Shown: positions 1 through 13,327, counted from the whole stretch's first letter. The stretch: 63,089 nucleotides of DNA, filler included, from Octopus bimaculoides (GCF_001194135.2; 5 parts of 5 records of this genome joined end to end with filler, not necessarily neighbours in it), one strand, 5' to 3'. Program-made: numbers and translations. Notes: generated by a model not told the origin, from the sequence alone.

Positions 1-223
1 GATACAATTGCTGACAAAGTTAGTCCACCATTGGCAGCAGCAGCAACAACAAGAACAAAGACAGCGACAACAAAAGCAACAACAACAAGAAAAACAACGA
101 CACAAATGTTGCTAATTGTTGCGATAAACACTATTGTTCTTATCACCATCGGCTGAAAATCAAACTAAACCTGCAAACTAATTACCAAATTATTTATAAT
201 TAAATACACTTAATTATAATTAA

Positions 224-360
224 TCACATCCCCGTCACTAACACCATCATCATAGTCACCGCCCTCATCATCATCATCATAATTACCGTCATCATTGTCG
301 ACGTCATCGTCATCGTCATCATCTTCGTCATCGTCGTCGTCATCATCATCGTTGACAACA
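224..360. repeat. Degenerate (CAT/CGT)n trinucleotide simple repeat
   Basis: Runs of catcatcat/cgtcatcgt; the 75-aa minus ORF (poly M/T/V) is just this repeat. Confidence 0.85.
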
Positions 361-1116
361 GAATTATCGCCACCAAACCATTACTACTGTAATTTCGTTC
401 ACACGTTGGCATGAGAAATGTGTAACTTCCCCTCCACCATCTTACCCACACCCCTCAGTTAAAACCTTAATTACATCCGCCATCCCCGCCAGCCATCAGC
501 AGCACTATTAACCACAGTTACAGCACTATGACTGGTGTCACTCACCGACTCCACAATCACATCACTCATCAATAGCAACAGACTTTAACATTACTTCTTA
601 CTCAGACAGACCTATATCTACCATCATGACTATCGAATTCATATAATGTTCTCACCATGAGTCTATAAGCATTATCGCCACAGCCTTATCCACTGGCGTC
701 ATATACAAAGGCCAAAGTTTTCCTGCTGTCACGGGTGTTGATTTGGTCTTCCCGATGGTAAACAGCCATTTTGCATCTACCTATTAAGTTGCTACAGATG
801 TGAAAATAGCTCATTATTCTAAGCAGCAGCTACACTATTATTTCGCTGCCGCCAAGCAATGCTGTGTTCCGTTGTATTCTCTTTCGGATAAAGTTGACAC
901 TTGCCATCGTCTAACTAGCTTCTTATCGAGGAGAAGGTTTTTATCTCTTCATCCGCTCTGCACTACAGAAATCAGTATTGAGTGTCGGCTCTATGTAACA
1001 TTTGATTTCAAATGGGTTAGCGCTGTTTCGCGCAGCAACAACATACTTAGAGCAATATTTCAAATTGCAATAAGAATTTAACGGTTTTCGAGTATCTTTT
1101 CAGTCCACTATTTTCC

Positions 1117-1117
<1 letters not shown>

Positions 1118-1166
<49 letters not shown>

Positions 1167-1205
1167 TTTGTCAGTCAGTCTGTCTGTCTGTCTCTCTCTC
1201 TCTCT
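1118..1205. repeat. Compound (GT)n/(GTCT)n/(CT)n microsatellite
   Basis: Directly visible. Confidence 0.95.
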
Positions 1206-1284
1206 CACCCTTTAGCTGTCACTTTCTCCTCTCTCGCTGTCTCCGTTATAGCCTTATCAAAAATCAAAGCAAGCTACACTACTC

Positions 1285-1372
1285 TACACTTTAGATGTGA
1301 TATATCCTACAAAGGATTCGGTGTTCCGCAGCGTATTTCATAAAACCGAAGATACTAATTTTTTTACACGAC
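1285..1372 (+). pseudogene. Possible Penelope-like RT remnant (domain 7/thumb region)
   Basis: With one frameshift reads LHF/LDVIYPTKDSVFRSVFHKTEDTNFF, resembling the PLE RT motif LxFLDxxI...TSVYxKPTDT. A PLE-type hammerhead relic lies downstream once the SINE is removed. Confidence 0.4.
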
Positions 1373-1395
1373 AATCTAAAATCGAAACAGAGAGG

Positions 1396-1781
1396 TTGTT
1401 GTTGGCACTTCGTCGCTTACGACGTCGAGGGTTCCAGTTGATCCGATCAACAGAACAGCCTGCTCGTGAAATTAACGTGCAAGTGGCTGAGCACTCCACA
1501 GACACGTGTATCCTTAACGTAGTTCTCGGGGATATTCAGCGTGAGACACTGTGACAAGGCTGGCCTTTTGAATTACAGGCACAACAGAAACAGGAAGAAA
1601 GAGTGATAGAAAGTTGTGGAGAAAGAGTACAGCAGGGTTCGCCACCATCCCCTGCCGGAGCCTCGTGGAGCTTTAGGTGTTTTCGCTCAATAAACACTCA
1701 CAACGCCCGGTCTGAGAATCGAAACCGCGATCTTATGACCGCAAGTCCGCTGCCCTAACTACTGGGCCATTGTGCCTCTAC
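1396..1781 (-). mobile_element. tRNA-derived SINE, family A (full length, ~390 bp)
   Basis: Reverse complement of the 6115-6499 copy: tRNA-like head with A/B boxes and (CAA)n tail; near-TSD aaa[g]cagagagg on both sides (1385-1395, 1782-1793). Confidence 0.9.
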
Positions 1782-1843
1782 AAAGCAGAGAGGAAACACA
1801 GAAGAAATAAAACTCTTTCTTTTATTTCTCACCGGTCATATTT

Positions 1844-1877
1844 ACTCTGAGGAAGGACTTTGAATGAAATGTTCGAT
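1844..1877 (+). ncRNA. Decayed minimal hammerhead motif (same family as 60997-61029)
   Basis: CTGAGGA-A-GGAC-TTT-gaat-GAAA-tg-TT; flanks (aaacacagaagaaa..., ccggt) align with the reverse complement of 60990-61090; stem II 3' arm is broken. Confidence 0.5.
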
Positions 1878-2329
1878 ACTCCATTCCCAACTGCAATTTT
1901 ACTGTACTCGTTCTATCGCTCATTTCGATAACTCAATTTGATACATCATATGTATTACACAATCGATATCTTAATTCCATTTATTTATTTTATACTGCAT
2001 TGTTGCATAATGCAATTAAAAGAAAATTTACATCTGGTGGTCCGTAAAGATTTCCTGATAAAGTCTGTGAACAACCATCTGAAAAAAGTTGCGCATTACT
2101 ACGCTAAACTCATTAGAAACGGATACGTACGCTTTCATACATTTGCAGATAAATAGACATATTCGACTGATTATATCCCTCTCAGCCTCTACTATTTAAT
2201 CAAATGATGGAAGCCATTACAATGTGTAACACGACTTTTGTCCTGGCGTAACAACTGTTATTTCTTATTTGCTTACAACTAGAAAGTATGAAAACGGCTA
2301 ATATTTCCATCAAGTTTGGCTTTTGTCAT

Positions 2330-2495
2330 ATTTATTCAAACCCAAAAGAATCCATCTCAACACATGACTATGATGCTCTTCCACTGTCCTGCTCATGAGT
2401 AGGAATGCGCATATTGTCAGTCACTAAGGGACATACTCAAGTGGTTAAGGTCAAGCAACTGACAAGCAAATCTGTGACATTAAGCAGCATACATG
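2330..2495 (-). mobile_element. Internal fragment of (TAA)n-associated element E
   Basis: Aligns with 22190-22350 (ctcaacacatg...actaagggacat..ctcaa..ggttaa..tcaa.caactgacaag.aaatct). Confidence 0.75.
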
Positions 2496-2774
2496 CTATA
2501 ACAATATTTCTGCTTCTGCAATTCAGTGCTGAATCTATCTGAAATGTAATGGAAAATAAGTCAGTTTCAAAACATTGATGTCCAGGTCACAAATGCAAAG
2601 TTTGAATGGAATAGTAGTTATTTCCTTTGATTTCTAGATAGAAGCAAACAGGAAATAACACTTACTGACCAGAGACACACAAAAATAAAAATAAAAATTT
2701 GCTATACATTGTTATCTATGTTATTTAACTGAAATCAAAAATTTATTAGGGGTGGCAAGTGAAAACTACTCATT

Positions 2775-2945
2775 ATATATAGGCTGTATGACAGGAGCTT
2801 TTATTCGCTTTCCATCTAATTTCATTCATAAGGCTTGGTTTGATTCGAAGTTATAGTAGAAAATATTACAAAGAAAGTGTCACGCTGTGAGAATTAAAAC
2901 CTAGAGCACTTCATCGCAATGCGAACATTTTAAACCTACAATCAT
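2775..2945 (-). mobile_element. Highly decayed 5' half of SINE family C
   Basis: Residual match to 53280-53430 (ttcattcataaggcttggt...ttatagtagaa...gtgtcacgctgtg). Confidence 0.45.
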
Positions 2946-2974
2946 GCTGTCAGTACATGATTGATTATAATTTA

Positions 2975-3300
2975 ACATCCTTTCGGAGTCGATAAATTAA
3001 GTACCAGTTGCGCACTGGAGTCGATCTAATCGACTGCCCCTCCCCCACCATTTTCGGGCCTTGTGCCTATAGTAGAAAATATTATTGCTTAACATACAGC
3101 GGCGACCTGGCAGAATCGTTAGCACACCGAACAAAATGTTTACCGCTTAACGTTCTGAGTTCAAATGCTCTAGAGGTCGACTTCACTTTTTATCCTTTTG
3201 GGAACTATAAGACAAATACCAGTTGATCACTGGAGTCGATATAATCGACTAGTCACCTTCCTCTAAATTTTCAGGCATTGTACTTATAAGAGAAGGGATT
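2975..3300 (+). mobile_element. Two tandem copies of SINE family B
   Basis: Shared motifs tggcagaatcgttagcac, gttctgagttcaaat, gaggtcgactt..catcctttcgg.gtcgataaa.taagtaccagt, ggccttgtgcc; first copy 5'-truncated. Confidence 0.85.
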
Positions 3301-3799
3301 ATTACTTAGCATTATTTTAAAATTCTCAAACAGATGTAAATTAAACACAACTAGATCACACAGGTTTTAAAACGAAACAAGGTTGAAGTTTTATATTTTA
3401 GTCAGATACTCTCCCACTTATTTCGCTTTACGATTCTTTATGTTCCTAACGATGTTTAATGAGAAATATGTACACAACATTATAATATAAATGCTCTGTC
3501 GGTGATTAAAATATAGATTTTCGCACTTTTGAATACAGAGAAACCAGAAACAACATAATTCAATGAGAAAAGTCAGCACATTATTATTTCTGCACGTTCA
3601 TTGTGACCGGAGACGTCTTTCAAAGTGAAAAGAGACGTCTAATAACTGAATCGATTGAAAGTAAATTTACATGTATCTTATAGATATGTGCCTTATATAC
3701 ACACACGCGCGCGCACGAACACCACATGCACGCGCGCAATTATGTTGTATATTTGCGTAGATGAGTGTAAGTCAGTACCGATGTCATGTGAGGTTTTCG

Positions 3800-3990
3800 G
3801 GCGGCAAATTGGTAAAATCGCTTGCACGCCGGGTAAAATGCTTAGCAGTATTTCGTCCATCCTTATGTTCTGAGTTGAAATTTCGCCGAGATCAACTTTG
3901 CCTTTCATCATTCAGGGTCGATAAAATAAGTACAAGTTGTCAACTTTTCCGAAATTACTGGCCTTGTGTCAAAATGTGAAACCATTATGA
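3800..3990 (+). mobile_element. SINE family B copy
   Basis: Same motifs as other B copies, with an internal deletion in the 3' part. Confidence 0.85.
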
Positions 3991-4534
3991 TTAGACGTTT
4001 GGGTCTGTGAAAGAGGCAGATCTATTTCAAAGAGACGTACATCTGTGCTGGTTAAATTATTGCCGTGTGAATTAACGTGCTTTGTGCCTTACCTTGCATG
4101 ATNNNNNNNNNNNNNNNNNNNNNNNNNNNNNNNNNNNNNNNNNNNNNNNNNNNNNNNNNNNNNNNNNNNNNNNNNNNNNNNNNNNNNNNNNNNNNNNNNN
4201 NNNNNNNNNNNNNNNNNNNNNNNNNNNNNNNNNNNNNNNNNNNNNNNNNNNNNNNNNNNNNNNNNNNNNNNNNNNNNNNNNNNNNNNNNNNNNNNNNNNN
4301 NNNNNNNNNNNNNNNNNNNNNNNNNNNNNNNNNNNNNNNNNNNNNNNNNNNNNNNNNNNNNNNNNNNNNNNNNNNNNNNNNNNNNNNNNNNNNNNNNNNN
4401 NNNNNNNNNNNNNNNNNNNNNNNNNNNNNNNNNNNNNNNNNNNNNNNNNNNNNNNNNNNNNNNNNNNNNNNNNNNNNNNNNNNNNNNNNNNNNNNNNNNN
4501 NNNNNNNNNNNNNNNNNNNNNNNNNNNNNNNNNC

Positions 4535-4760
4535 AATATTCCGTTTAGAGAAAAATTTGTAGTTTAGAATCAGTAGTTCTTTGACTGCTATTTCTAAATT
4601 TTCAGTATGTTGGAGAAGCAACTCAATGCTAATCCCTGTATATTTATGATGATAAATGGTTTTACCGATAAAGGTTTTTTCATACTGAACTACTTGGCAA
4701 AATTGTTAATTATTAATTCTATTACTAATTGACGATTCTCTGCCCTTATTCTTGTATATG
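4535..4760. repeat. Dispersed repeat (segments X and Y), related to 23681-23838
   Basis: 4535-4654 is the reverse complement of 23681-23790; 4720-4760 matches 23797-23838 in the same orientation. Confidence 0.85.
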
Positions 4761-6114
4761 TATGTATATATATACAATCATATATGTATATGTAAATATG
4801 TATGTCTGTGTGTACACATAAAGATATACACATATGTATGTACACATATACCTATATACATGTATATGAAAGAGCGAATGAAAGATAGAGAATGGGGTGG
4901 GGATAAATGACAACCAGTGTTCCTACTTTTATGTGAGTTTGTTTTGTAATGTTATAAAACATGAAAGAAGGCGTATTTCCCAGATATTATTAAAAATGTA
5001 TTGCTCATACCTCAAGAATGCCTTTTGTTAAAACGTCTTAATATGCAAATTGATTTCTATGAGAGGAATACTATATTTTCAAGGTGGTCTGCAATTTCGA
5101 TGTCAAGTAATTGTGATTCTATATATAAATCGCCAACAGATCCATGTCTGCACTGACGGTTGCCAGTCAAAACACAGGGGTGCGGCAAAAAATCCCCTTC
5201 AGATTTACAAGTCTTGGCAAATGTCTTAATAGTAAACACAACCGTATATACCGCTTCAAACTATAACAGCAACTAAAAAAACCCCCCCAAAAAAAACCCC
5301 AGAAATAACGATAAAAGAAGACACCATTGTTATTTGCCTAAATTCAGGAGTTTCACATCAATCGCCGTGTGAAGTATGGGAGACTTTTCTGCCGCGCTCT
5401 GCATTATACACTGAAATGGAAAGACGTAGCATCCACGCTATTCCCACTGTTATATAATTGTTTATTGTTTTAATGATCTAATCTCTTTTTATATACTAAT
5501 TACTTAGCATGCTATTACATACAACTGCACACGTGTTCACACATGCATATACGTACATACATTGTAAATCCAGTACCCAAGATACTCTTTGAGCTTTATA
5601 CCTATTATTATTTGAGCAACAAGATAGATACCAACCCGTCTGATCTTGGGACCTTGGGACCTTGGAGAGAGGATGCAAATCCTTAATTCATATGTTACAC
5701 ATGATCACGATATCCGGGACTATAAAAATCTGCAATACCTTAAGATTTAAAAGCTGATGGTTAAAACAAGATACTTTTTTTCATAACCCTCCTATTAAGT
5801 AGGTGGCCGGTCAAAATTTCTTCTAAAATTAGAAAGAGAAAAAGAATATACACGCGTGCACATGCATGCACAAAACACACACACACATGCGCGCACACAT
5901 ACATACATACATACATACATACATACAATAAGTGCTCGGATTGGTTTACCGCTGAATCTCCGACTTGGGCTGCGACTAAAACAAAAAATGCTGTAGCTGC
6001 CTCGCAATGAATGGCTGTAAGGAGTTCATCATTGAGCGGGCAGATTTATATTAGAAAGAAATAATGGACAAGCAAAATATATGTATCACTCTAGAGCACA
6101 TTATTTCGTCAGAC

Positions 6115-6499
6115 AGTGGAGGCGCAATGGCCCAGTGGTTAGGGCAGCGGACTTGCGGTCATAGGATCGCGGTTTCGATTACCAGACCGGGCGCTGTGAG
6201 TGTTTATTGAGCGAAAACACCTAAAGCTCCACGAGGCCCCGGCAGGGGATGGTGGCGAACCCTGCTGTACTCTTCCACCACAACTTTCTCTCACTCTTAC
6301 TTCCAGTTTCTGTTGTGCCTGTAATTCAAAGAGTCAGCCTTGTCACAGTGTGTCACGCTGAATATCCCCGAGAACTACGTTAAGGGTACACGTGTCTGTG
6401 GAGTGCTCAGCCACTTGCACGTTAATTTCACGAGCAGGCTGTTCCGTTGATTGGATCAACTGGAACCCTCGACGTCGTAAGCGACGGAGTGCCAACAAC
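6115..6499 (+). mobile_element. tRNA-derived SINE, family A, full length with 12-bp TSD
   Basis: A box TGGCCCAGTGG (6128-6138), B box GGTTTCGATTACC (6171-6183), tail gtgccaacaac; exact TSD ATTTCGTCAGAC at 6103-6114 and 6500-6511. Confidence 0.95.
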
Positions 6500-6957
6500 A
6501 TTTCGTCAGACGAAATACTCAGTGGCATCTAGCTACGGTCTTTTGCGTGTTCTGTGTTCGAATCCGACGTAGATCAACTTTCGCTGTCGATAGAAGATGG
6601 TAATGGGCAAATATTGGGATGAATTTAATCGATTATTCTCTTTGCCATCTCAAATTTCTGGTCTTGTGCTTATATTGAAAGCAATTATTAATTGAATTGT
6701 ATGTAATGGAGGTTGGGGTTGTGAGAATGTGTGACTATGAGCTGTTCCCTGCTTGTCTGTTCACTGTCTAGGTTGTCTCTCTGATAAGTCGAATTGGCAC
6801 CGATTTAGTATCGCTTTAACAATTCATTACAAATATTTGCCACTTTCGCTGCTTCCCCCTCCTTTTTATTACTCCACAACTCCTCCTTCCCTTCCTCATC
6901 ACCCTCAGCACCGTCATCACCATCATCATCAGAATCAGTACGAACGAAACTATATAA

Positions 6958-6959
<2 letters not shown>

Positions 6960-7031
<72 letters not shown>
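6960..7031. repeat. (TC)n microsatellite
   Basis: Directly visible. Confidence 0.95.
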
Positions 7032-7036
<5 letters not shown>

Positions 7037-7397
7037 GATTAAGATTGCTAATAGAACTGTTGTAGATCGTTTAGGTTCAGTGACTTCAATGTAAGTCTCC
7101 GCCCCTTGTTCTTGCAGCTATTGCTTTTGTCGTTTCTGTTGTTGTTATTGTTCTCGTTTTCATCGTTGTTGTTGTTGTTGTTGTTGCTGTCGTTGCTACC
7201 ACTGCTGCCGCTGCCGCCCCTGCTGCCGCCTCTGCTGCCGCCCCAGCTACCACCGCTTTTGTTGTTTTGTTATTCTTATTGGGTCGCTGATAGCAACTCT
7301 TATCATTGGTGGGACGTTATATTCCGAGACATGGTTTTGTTCTAGTAAGTGGCACTATAAGAGGTAGTCACCGTTGATGTTTGCACAGCAGCAACAT

Positions 7398-7434
<37 letters not shown>

Positions 7435-7485
7435 TCATTTGTTGCTACTGTTAGTGTTGTTGTAACGGCGATATATGAGTATAAA

Positions 7486-8520
7486 TTTACGTTCTAAGTT
7501 CACATTCCGCTGAGGTCGACTATGCCTTTCATCCTTTCGGAGTCGATAAATTAAGTACCAGTTGCATACTGGGTCGATCTAATCGACTGCACCCCACAAA
7601 AAACATTTTCGGACCTTGAGCCTAGTATAGAAAAAATATGTGAGGCTAATCGCTACAGCGTCAGAATAAATGTTTTGCGATATTTCTTCTGGCATTTTAC
7701 GTTCTGAGTTCAAATCCCACCGAGGTCAATCTTGCACGTTGATCCTCCCTGGGTCAATAAAATAAAGTACCAACCAAATACTGATGTCGATGATATTGAC
7801 TAACATTCTCCCCCTCAAAATTCCTGCCCTTGTTCAAAAATAAAAAAAATATCATTAGAGCTAGAGCGTTGAGCTGGCAGAATCGTTAGCACGTCAGACT
7901 AAATGCATAGCGGTATTTCATCTGTCTTCACATTCTGAGGTCAAAATCCACCGAGGTTATATTTACTTTTTTCCTTTTCTGAGTCGATATAATCAACGGT
8001 TGGCCCAGACTCCAAACCCCGCAAAAGTAATTCCTTGCGTGTGTGGGTGCACAAGAGCCGGCGACCGGAATTTCATTTATCGTGACGTTCTGATCTCAAA
8101 TTCCATCGAGCTCGACTTTGTCTTTCATCGTGTCGGGGTCGATGAAATATGTACTAGCTGACCACAGGAATCGATGTAATAACACCGAAATTACTGGTCT
8201 TGTACCAAAATTTGAAACGAATACCATAAACTGTTCTAAGAGAGTGAGCTGGCAGAAGTGTTAGCATGCCGGGCAAAATGCTTAGCAGCATTTCGTCCGT
8301 CTTTGCGTTTCTGAGTTCAAACTCAGCTGAGATCGACTTTACCATTCACAGTGTCCGAGTTGATAAACCTTGTACCAGTCAAGCACTGGGATCGATGTGA
8401 TCGACTAGTTCCTTCCTCACAATTACAGGCCTTATGCCAAAATTTGAAACCAAACCAGTATGATATGTTCCCCTCTCCTGAATTTCTTGGTTTTGACCTA
8501 TACTAGAAGCGATTATTGTT
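7486..8520 (+). mobile_element. Head-to-tail cluster of at least five SINE family B copies
   Basis: Units at about 7486-7638, 7641-7850, 7862-8010, 8065-8225, 8240-8460 plus a tail fragment, each with the gttctgagttcaaat and gaggtcgac...gtcgataaa motifs or decayed versions. Confidence 0.85.
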
Positions 8521-8789
8521 CTAGCGGTTGTTGTACAATTCCAAGGATCTTTAACCTTTTAAGCATCTAATCCAGCGGACCTACAGTTTATCTGAAGTCT
8601 ATGGTATATACGAACTAGTAGAACTCTATCCAGGATCGATCCCTTACTATGCATGCTAGCATAGCTCTACTTTTCACTATAACATAAAGAAGGAGAGCCT
8701 TTCCTGAATCATATAGACTCATAGAGCTGGTTTCTTAGATTTTCTGGTGTATCTACTACCCCTCGCTGGTTCGGGACACCTTTCCGTCA

Positions 8790-8943
8790 CAGAAATAATC
8801 ACTTTTGGGAGCTGAGTGGCCTGGGGCAATGGGAAACCAAGTTCTCCGCACAAGATCAGATGAATCGTCCGGTTCTGGAATCGAAGCCACAAACTTATGA
8901 TCATGAGTCCAACACCCCTAACCACGAAGCCAAGCGCCTCCAC
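8790..8943 (-). mobile_element. Decayed tRNA-headed SINE (family D), 5' part
   Basis: Reverse complement gtggaggcgcttggcttcgtggttaggggtgttggactcatgatc...ggcttcgattcc resembles the family A head, followed by a different body (ccaggccactcagct). Confidence 0.65.
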
Positions 8944-9227
8944 CCTGTGACATGCCGTTCTGTGGATCATTAATTAGGACGTAATGTCCCACCGTGTTGC
9001 TTTCCCCACACTGTCTAGTCTACGCTTGTCTACCATGAGTTTGCTGTGGAGGCCATATATGGATTCAGACATGGTGGCCTTGGTTGGAGTATGTTATTTG
9101 TGTCTTAATATTTATCATTGTGTCCTGTATATTCCGTCACAACGTCAATATTTTTTTTTTAAACACGTGATGATATTTTGTGTTTGTCTGGAATGAATGA
9201 GGTTGCACAGTTAAGAGTTATGCAGCA

Positions 9228-9254
9228 GCAGCAGCAGCAGCAGCAGCTGTAGTG

Positions 9255-9298
<44 letters not shown>

Positions 9299-9724
9299 CG
9301 TAGTAGTAGTAGTTAAGTTGATAGTGATTGTAGCGGTGGTGGTGGTGGTGGTGGTGGTGATTGAAACAGCGTAGCGTTGGTAAGAATTGGAATAATGGTC
9401 GTGGTGTTTACTGGTCATAGTGATAGTAGTGGTGTGTAATGGTGGTCGTGGTGATGGCCATGGTATTGATGTTGGTTAGGTAACGGTGGTGGTAGTAGTG
9501 GTGAGGGTTCTAGAATTGGTAGAGATGGTGACGGTGTTCTTCTTGTTGTTGTTGTTGGTTGTGGTGTTGGTAGTGCAGGTACTAGTGATGTTGTTGGTGG
9601 TGTTGATAATGGTAGCGCTGGTCGTGGAATTCATAGATGTGTTGTGCTGATGGTGTTGGCTATGATAATAAGGGGAATGATTGTTGTTGTTGTTGCTGCT
9701 TTGGTGGTGGTGGTGGGGTGGTGG
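9228..9724. repeat. Compound trinucleotide repeats (GCA/GTA/GTG/GTT)
   Basis: Directly visible; runs into an N-gap. Confidence 0.9.
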
Positions 9725-10243
9725 NNNNNNNNNNNNNNNNNNNNNNNNNNNNNNNNNNNNNNNNNNNNNNNNNNNNNNNNNNNNNNNNNNNNNNNNNNNN
9801 NNNNNNNNNNNNNNNNNNNNNNNNNNNNNNNNNNNNNNNNNNNNNNNNNNNNNNNNNNNNNNNNNNNNNNNNNNNNNNNNNNNNNNNNNNNNNNNNNNNN
9901 NNNNNNNNNNNNNNNNNNNNNNNNNNNNNNNNNNNNNNNNNNNNNNNNNNNNNNNNNNNNNNNNNNNNNNNNNNNNNNNNNNNNNNNNNNNNNNNNNNNN
10001 NNNNNNNNNNNNNNNNNNNNNNNNNNNNNNNNNNNNNNNNNNNNNNNNNNNNNNNNNNNNNNNNNNNNNNNNNNNNNNNNNNNNNNNNNNNNNNNNNNNN
10101 NNNNNNNNNNNNNNNNNNNNNNNNNNNNNNNNNNNNNNNNNNNNNNNNNNNNNNNNNNNNNNNNNNNNNNNNNNNNNNNNNNNNNNNNNNNNNNNNNNNN
10201 NNNNNNNNNNNNNNNNNNNNNNNNNNNNNNNNNNNNNNNNNNN

Positions 10244-10292
<49 letters not shown>

Positions 10293-10510
10293 GCACACAT
10301 TGTTTAAATATACATTTACGCTTACATATGTTTCTGTGTGTGTTTTTATTGTTTAAGAATCTATCAATTTATATCTATTTATCATTGTCTCTGGTGTGTA
10401 TGTATACATACATACATACATACATATATATATTTACGCACACACATACACACACAAATATATATATATGTATATACGTATATGTATATAAGTATATATA
10501 TATATGTATA

Positions 10511-10562
<52 letters not shown>

Positions 10563-11434
10563 CACACACACATACATACATACATACATACATACATACA
10601 TACATACATACACATACATACATACATACATACACGTGCATTTACAACGAAGAGCAATCACCACACAGTATATCACACATGACAAAAGAAAATTAGTTAA
10701 AAAAAAAGAGAAAAAGCAAAACATTGTAGAGCGTAATACATACTCTACAAAATGCCTCTGCAAAAATAGAAAATTAATCAAGGAAGCGATACTCATACCA
10801 TAATATACAATACTAAAATATGCACGCAAGCAACACACACATCAAAAATGTAGCACGTGACTGACTACTGGCATGAAATCCTATGTGTAAAAAGTTTGAC
10901 CACAACTAAATAAATCAACACAAGACTACGTCGCAGTCTAATGATTGAAAAGGCTTTGGTGGTAAGTTTACATAAATTCAAAGAGATATAAGAAACAACG
11001 CAGTTGTCAAACGCATCCAATTCTGCAAAGTAAGACTGTGAAGATCTGGAAACGTCAAATATGAATTTAGGAACTTTTGTGTTGCAAATTAGCCGTAAAA
11101 ATTTTAAAACTGAAATCTGCAAAATCTAATGTATAAAAGATAAAGCTAACATAATCATCTATATTGGAGAAAGCTGCTTATTAATTAGGTATGTAACAGT
11201 TACTAAAAGTACTAACAGAAACCAATTATTAAAGGCTTGACCGTCTGGAAATATTTTTATGAATTCATGTTTTAAGAAATTTCCTATAATTACGATTTCT
11301 GAAGTTTATTCAATTTTTGAACTCCAATTTATCGCAAATTTAAATATTCATTGCATTTACTGCGGAGGAGATTTTAATGTTTAATAATAAACAATATTAA
11401 ATCGTTGCGGGCGACATTTTCTGTTTTCGTTTGC

Positions 11435-11477
<43 letters not shown>

Positions 11478-11632
11478 CTCTATTTTTATTAATGATAATT
11501 TACTAATAGCTCTATAACCTTGATACAAGGCACAATTTCAAGAATATCATCAGTTTCTGGAGTTTGTTAAACTAATATATTTGATAAAATGAATTTTTTT
11601 TAATATAGCGGTATAACTTTTAAGTCAACTTC

Positions 11633-11680
11633 ATGGTGTTTGGAGTGATCCCTAGTGATGGCGCCGTTATACCTCCATTC
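11633..11680 (+). pseudogene. Short Tc1/mariner (maT/DD37D-like) transposase fragment
   Basis: MVFGVIPSDGAVIPPF resembles the VMVWGxIxxxGxxxPxxF segment of the catalytic domain; only 16 codons. Confidence 0.45.
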
Positions 11681-13327
11681 ACCAATATAAACAAAGATAT
11701 CATCCAGAAGAATTGACGGAGATTCTAAAGTTGTCTGGAGCTCGTACTTNNNNNNNNNNNNNNNNNNNNNNNNNNNNNNNNNNNNNNNNNNNNNNNNNNN
11801 NNNNNNNNNNNNNNNNNNNNNNNNNNNNNNNNNNNNNNNNNNNNNNNNNNNNNNNNNNNNNNNNNNNNNNNNNNNNNNNNNNNNNNNNNNNNNNNNNNNN
11901 NNNNNNNNNNNNNNNNNNNNNNNNNNNNNATATATATACATATATATGTGCTTGTGTATATACTATGTACGTATACATGTATATACGTATGCACGTATGT
12001 ACATATGTATATTCATTCACGTATACATGTCTGTCTAATAACTGCATAACAGTCTACAATTATTTTTAAGGAAAACGGTGCTGAATACAAAGTGTTGGAT
12101 AAGATTTTGGGCAATTAGGATATTAGGTTACAATCCAACATTCTGATACTTTTCGTAGTCAGAATAGAAGTTATTGGCGGAACTGTAACGAAGTAGTACC
12201 AGCCACTTTGCAGTATTTCTTTGCAGTATTTCTTCCAGTTCTTCGCTTTCTGTATTCAAATCCTGACATTACAGACTTGAATAGTAAACTTAACACGTCT
12301 CACCGCTTAACACCACTACCTGCCACCTTGGGCGCCTTTAGAGGACTCGATTTTGTTGTAAACATTCGGATCACATTTCCGATTTATTAGCAGCTTCCTC
12401 CGTCCATTTCACCAATTTCGGAGACCCTGTAATAGGTCATGGGCAGTACCTTCTCTGTTGACTAAAAGATTAAAAAAAAAACTTATAAGATTCTACTCAC
12501 TGTCCACATCCTACGAACTCCCCATTCCTTCATTCTCTTAATCAAAACTCAGCATTTTACTTAATCTCGACCTTTCCATGAATTAGCAAAACGGTTTTAC
12601 TTCTCTTCATGAAGATGCTAACCATCTATAAACTTGAACACACTTTTAGTAAATCGTGATTTCATAGTAGATAACTTATACTATATTTTTGTACAAACAA
12701 AACTGTTATTTAACTTATTACATGACTGACAAATTATAAAAATCCATTGTTAATCTATATTTAATTATCTTGATACTGATTTACTTTTGATCTTATCACG
12801 CGAAATTAAACAAAGTATCACACTGACAATTTGTTAACTATTCTCCACTACTCTTTGAATACAAACTTAGGTTACTCTCTTTATACCCCCAGTATAGCAG
12901 CATTAGTTTTTAGTCTCATACCTCTACATTAATTCATACTAGCCACGCACTAAAACCTAACTTTGTTGCCAACTTAAATTCAGCTTTCCACTTAAACATA
13001 AGAGTTATCCTCTTAACAGACAAATGTCTCTTTTTTGTCTTGTTTTCCTATGAATATACACAGGCTTCTTAAAAATAAATTGACTCCACTTTTTATACCG
13101 TATCATCTGTGCGAACATTACCTGGTGCTTTAAACTTTTAATATATTATTTTTCTTTTCAGATCACAGCGGCCGCAGTGGATGGCTCTCGTCCGCCAGAA
13201 ATATAAATGCGAGTGCTTTTATGCATCACAAGTTCATAAGGTCCTCTCGTGGTAAATAACGCAATATTCTATGTTCTAACACAACTTCCACTTTAAGCAG
13301 GGAGTAAATATTACCTTTTAACATATT

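Noticed and set aside
6115-6200. tRNA gene-like sequences (also 1700-1781, 33229-33295, 42010-42080)
   Set aside because: A/B boxes are present but there is no acceptor stem or cloverleaf, and each continues into a SINE body.
11530-11556. Minus-strand CUGAUGA...GAAA
   Set aside because: No stem II pairing possible.
13161-13252. Exon-like segment on the plus strand (tttcag acceptor, G/GTAAAT donor, two open frames)
   Set aside because: No recognisable protein, ambiguous frame and no compatible neighbouring exon; cannot be supported.
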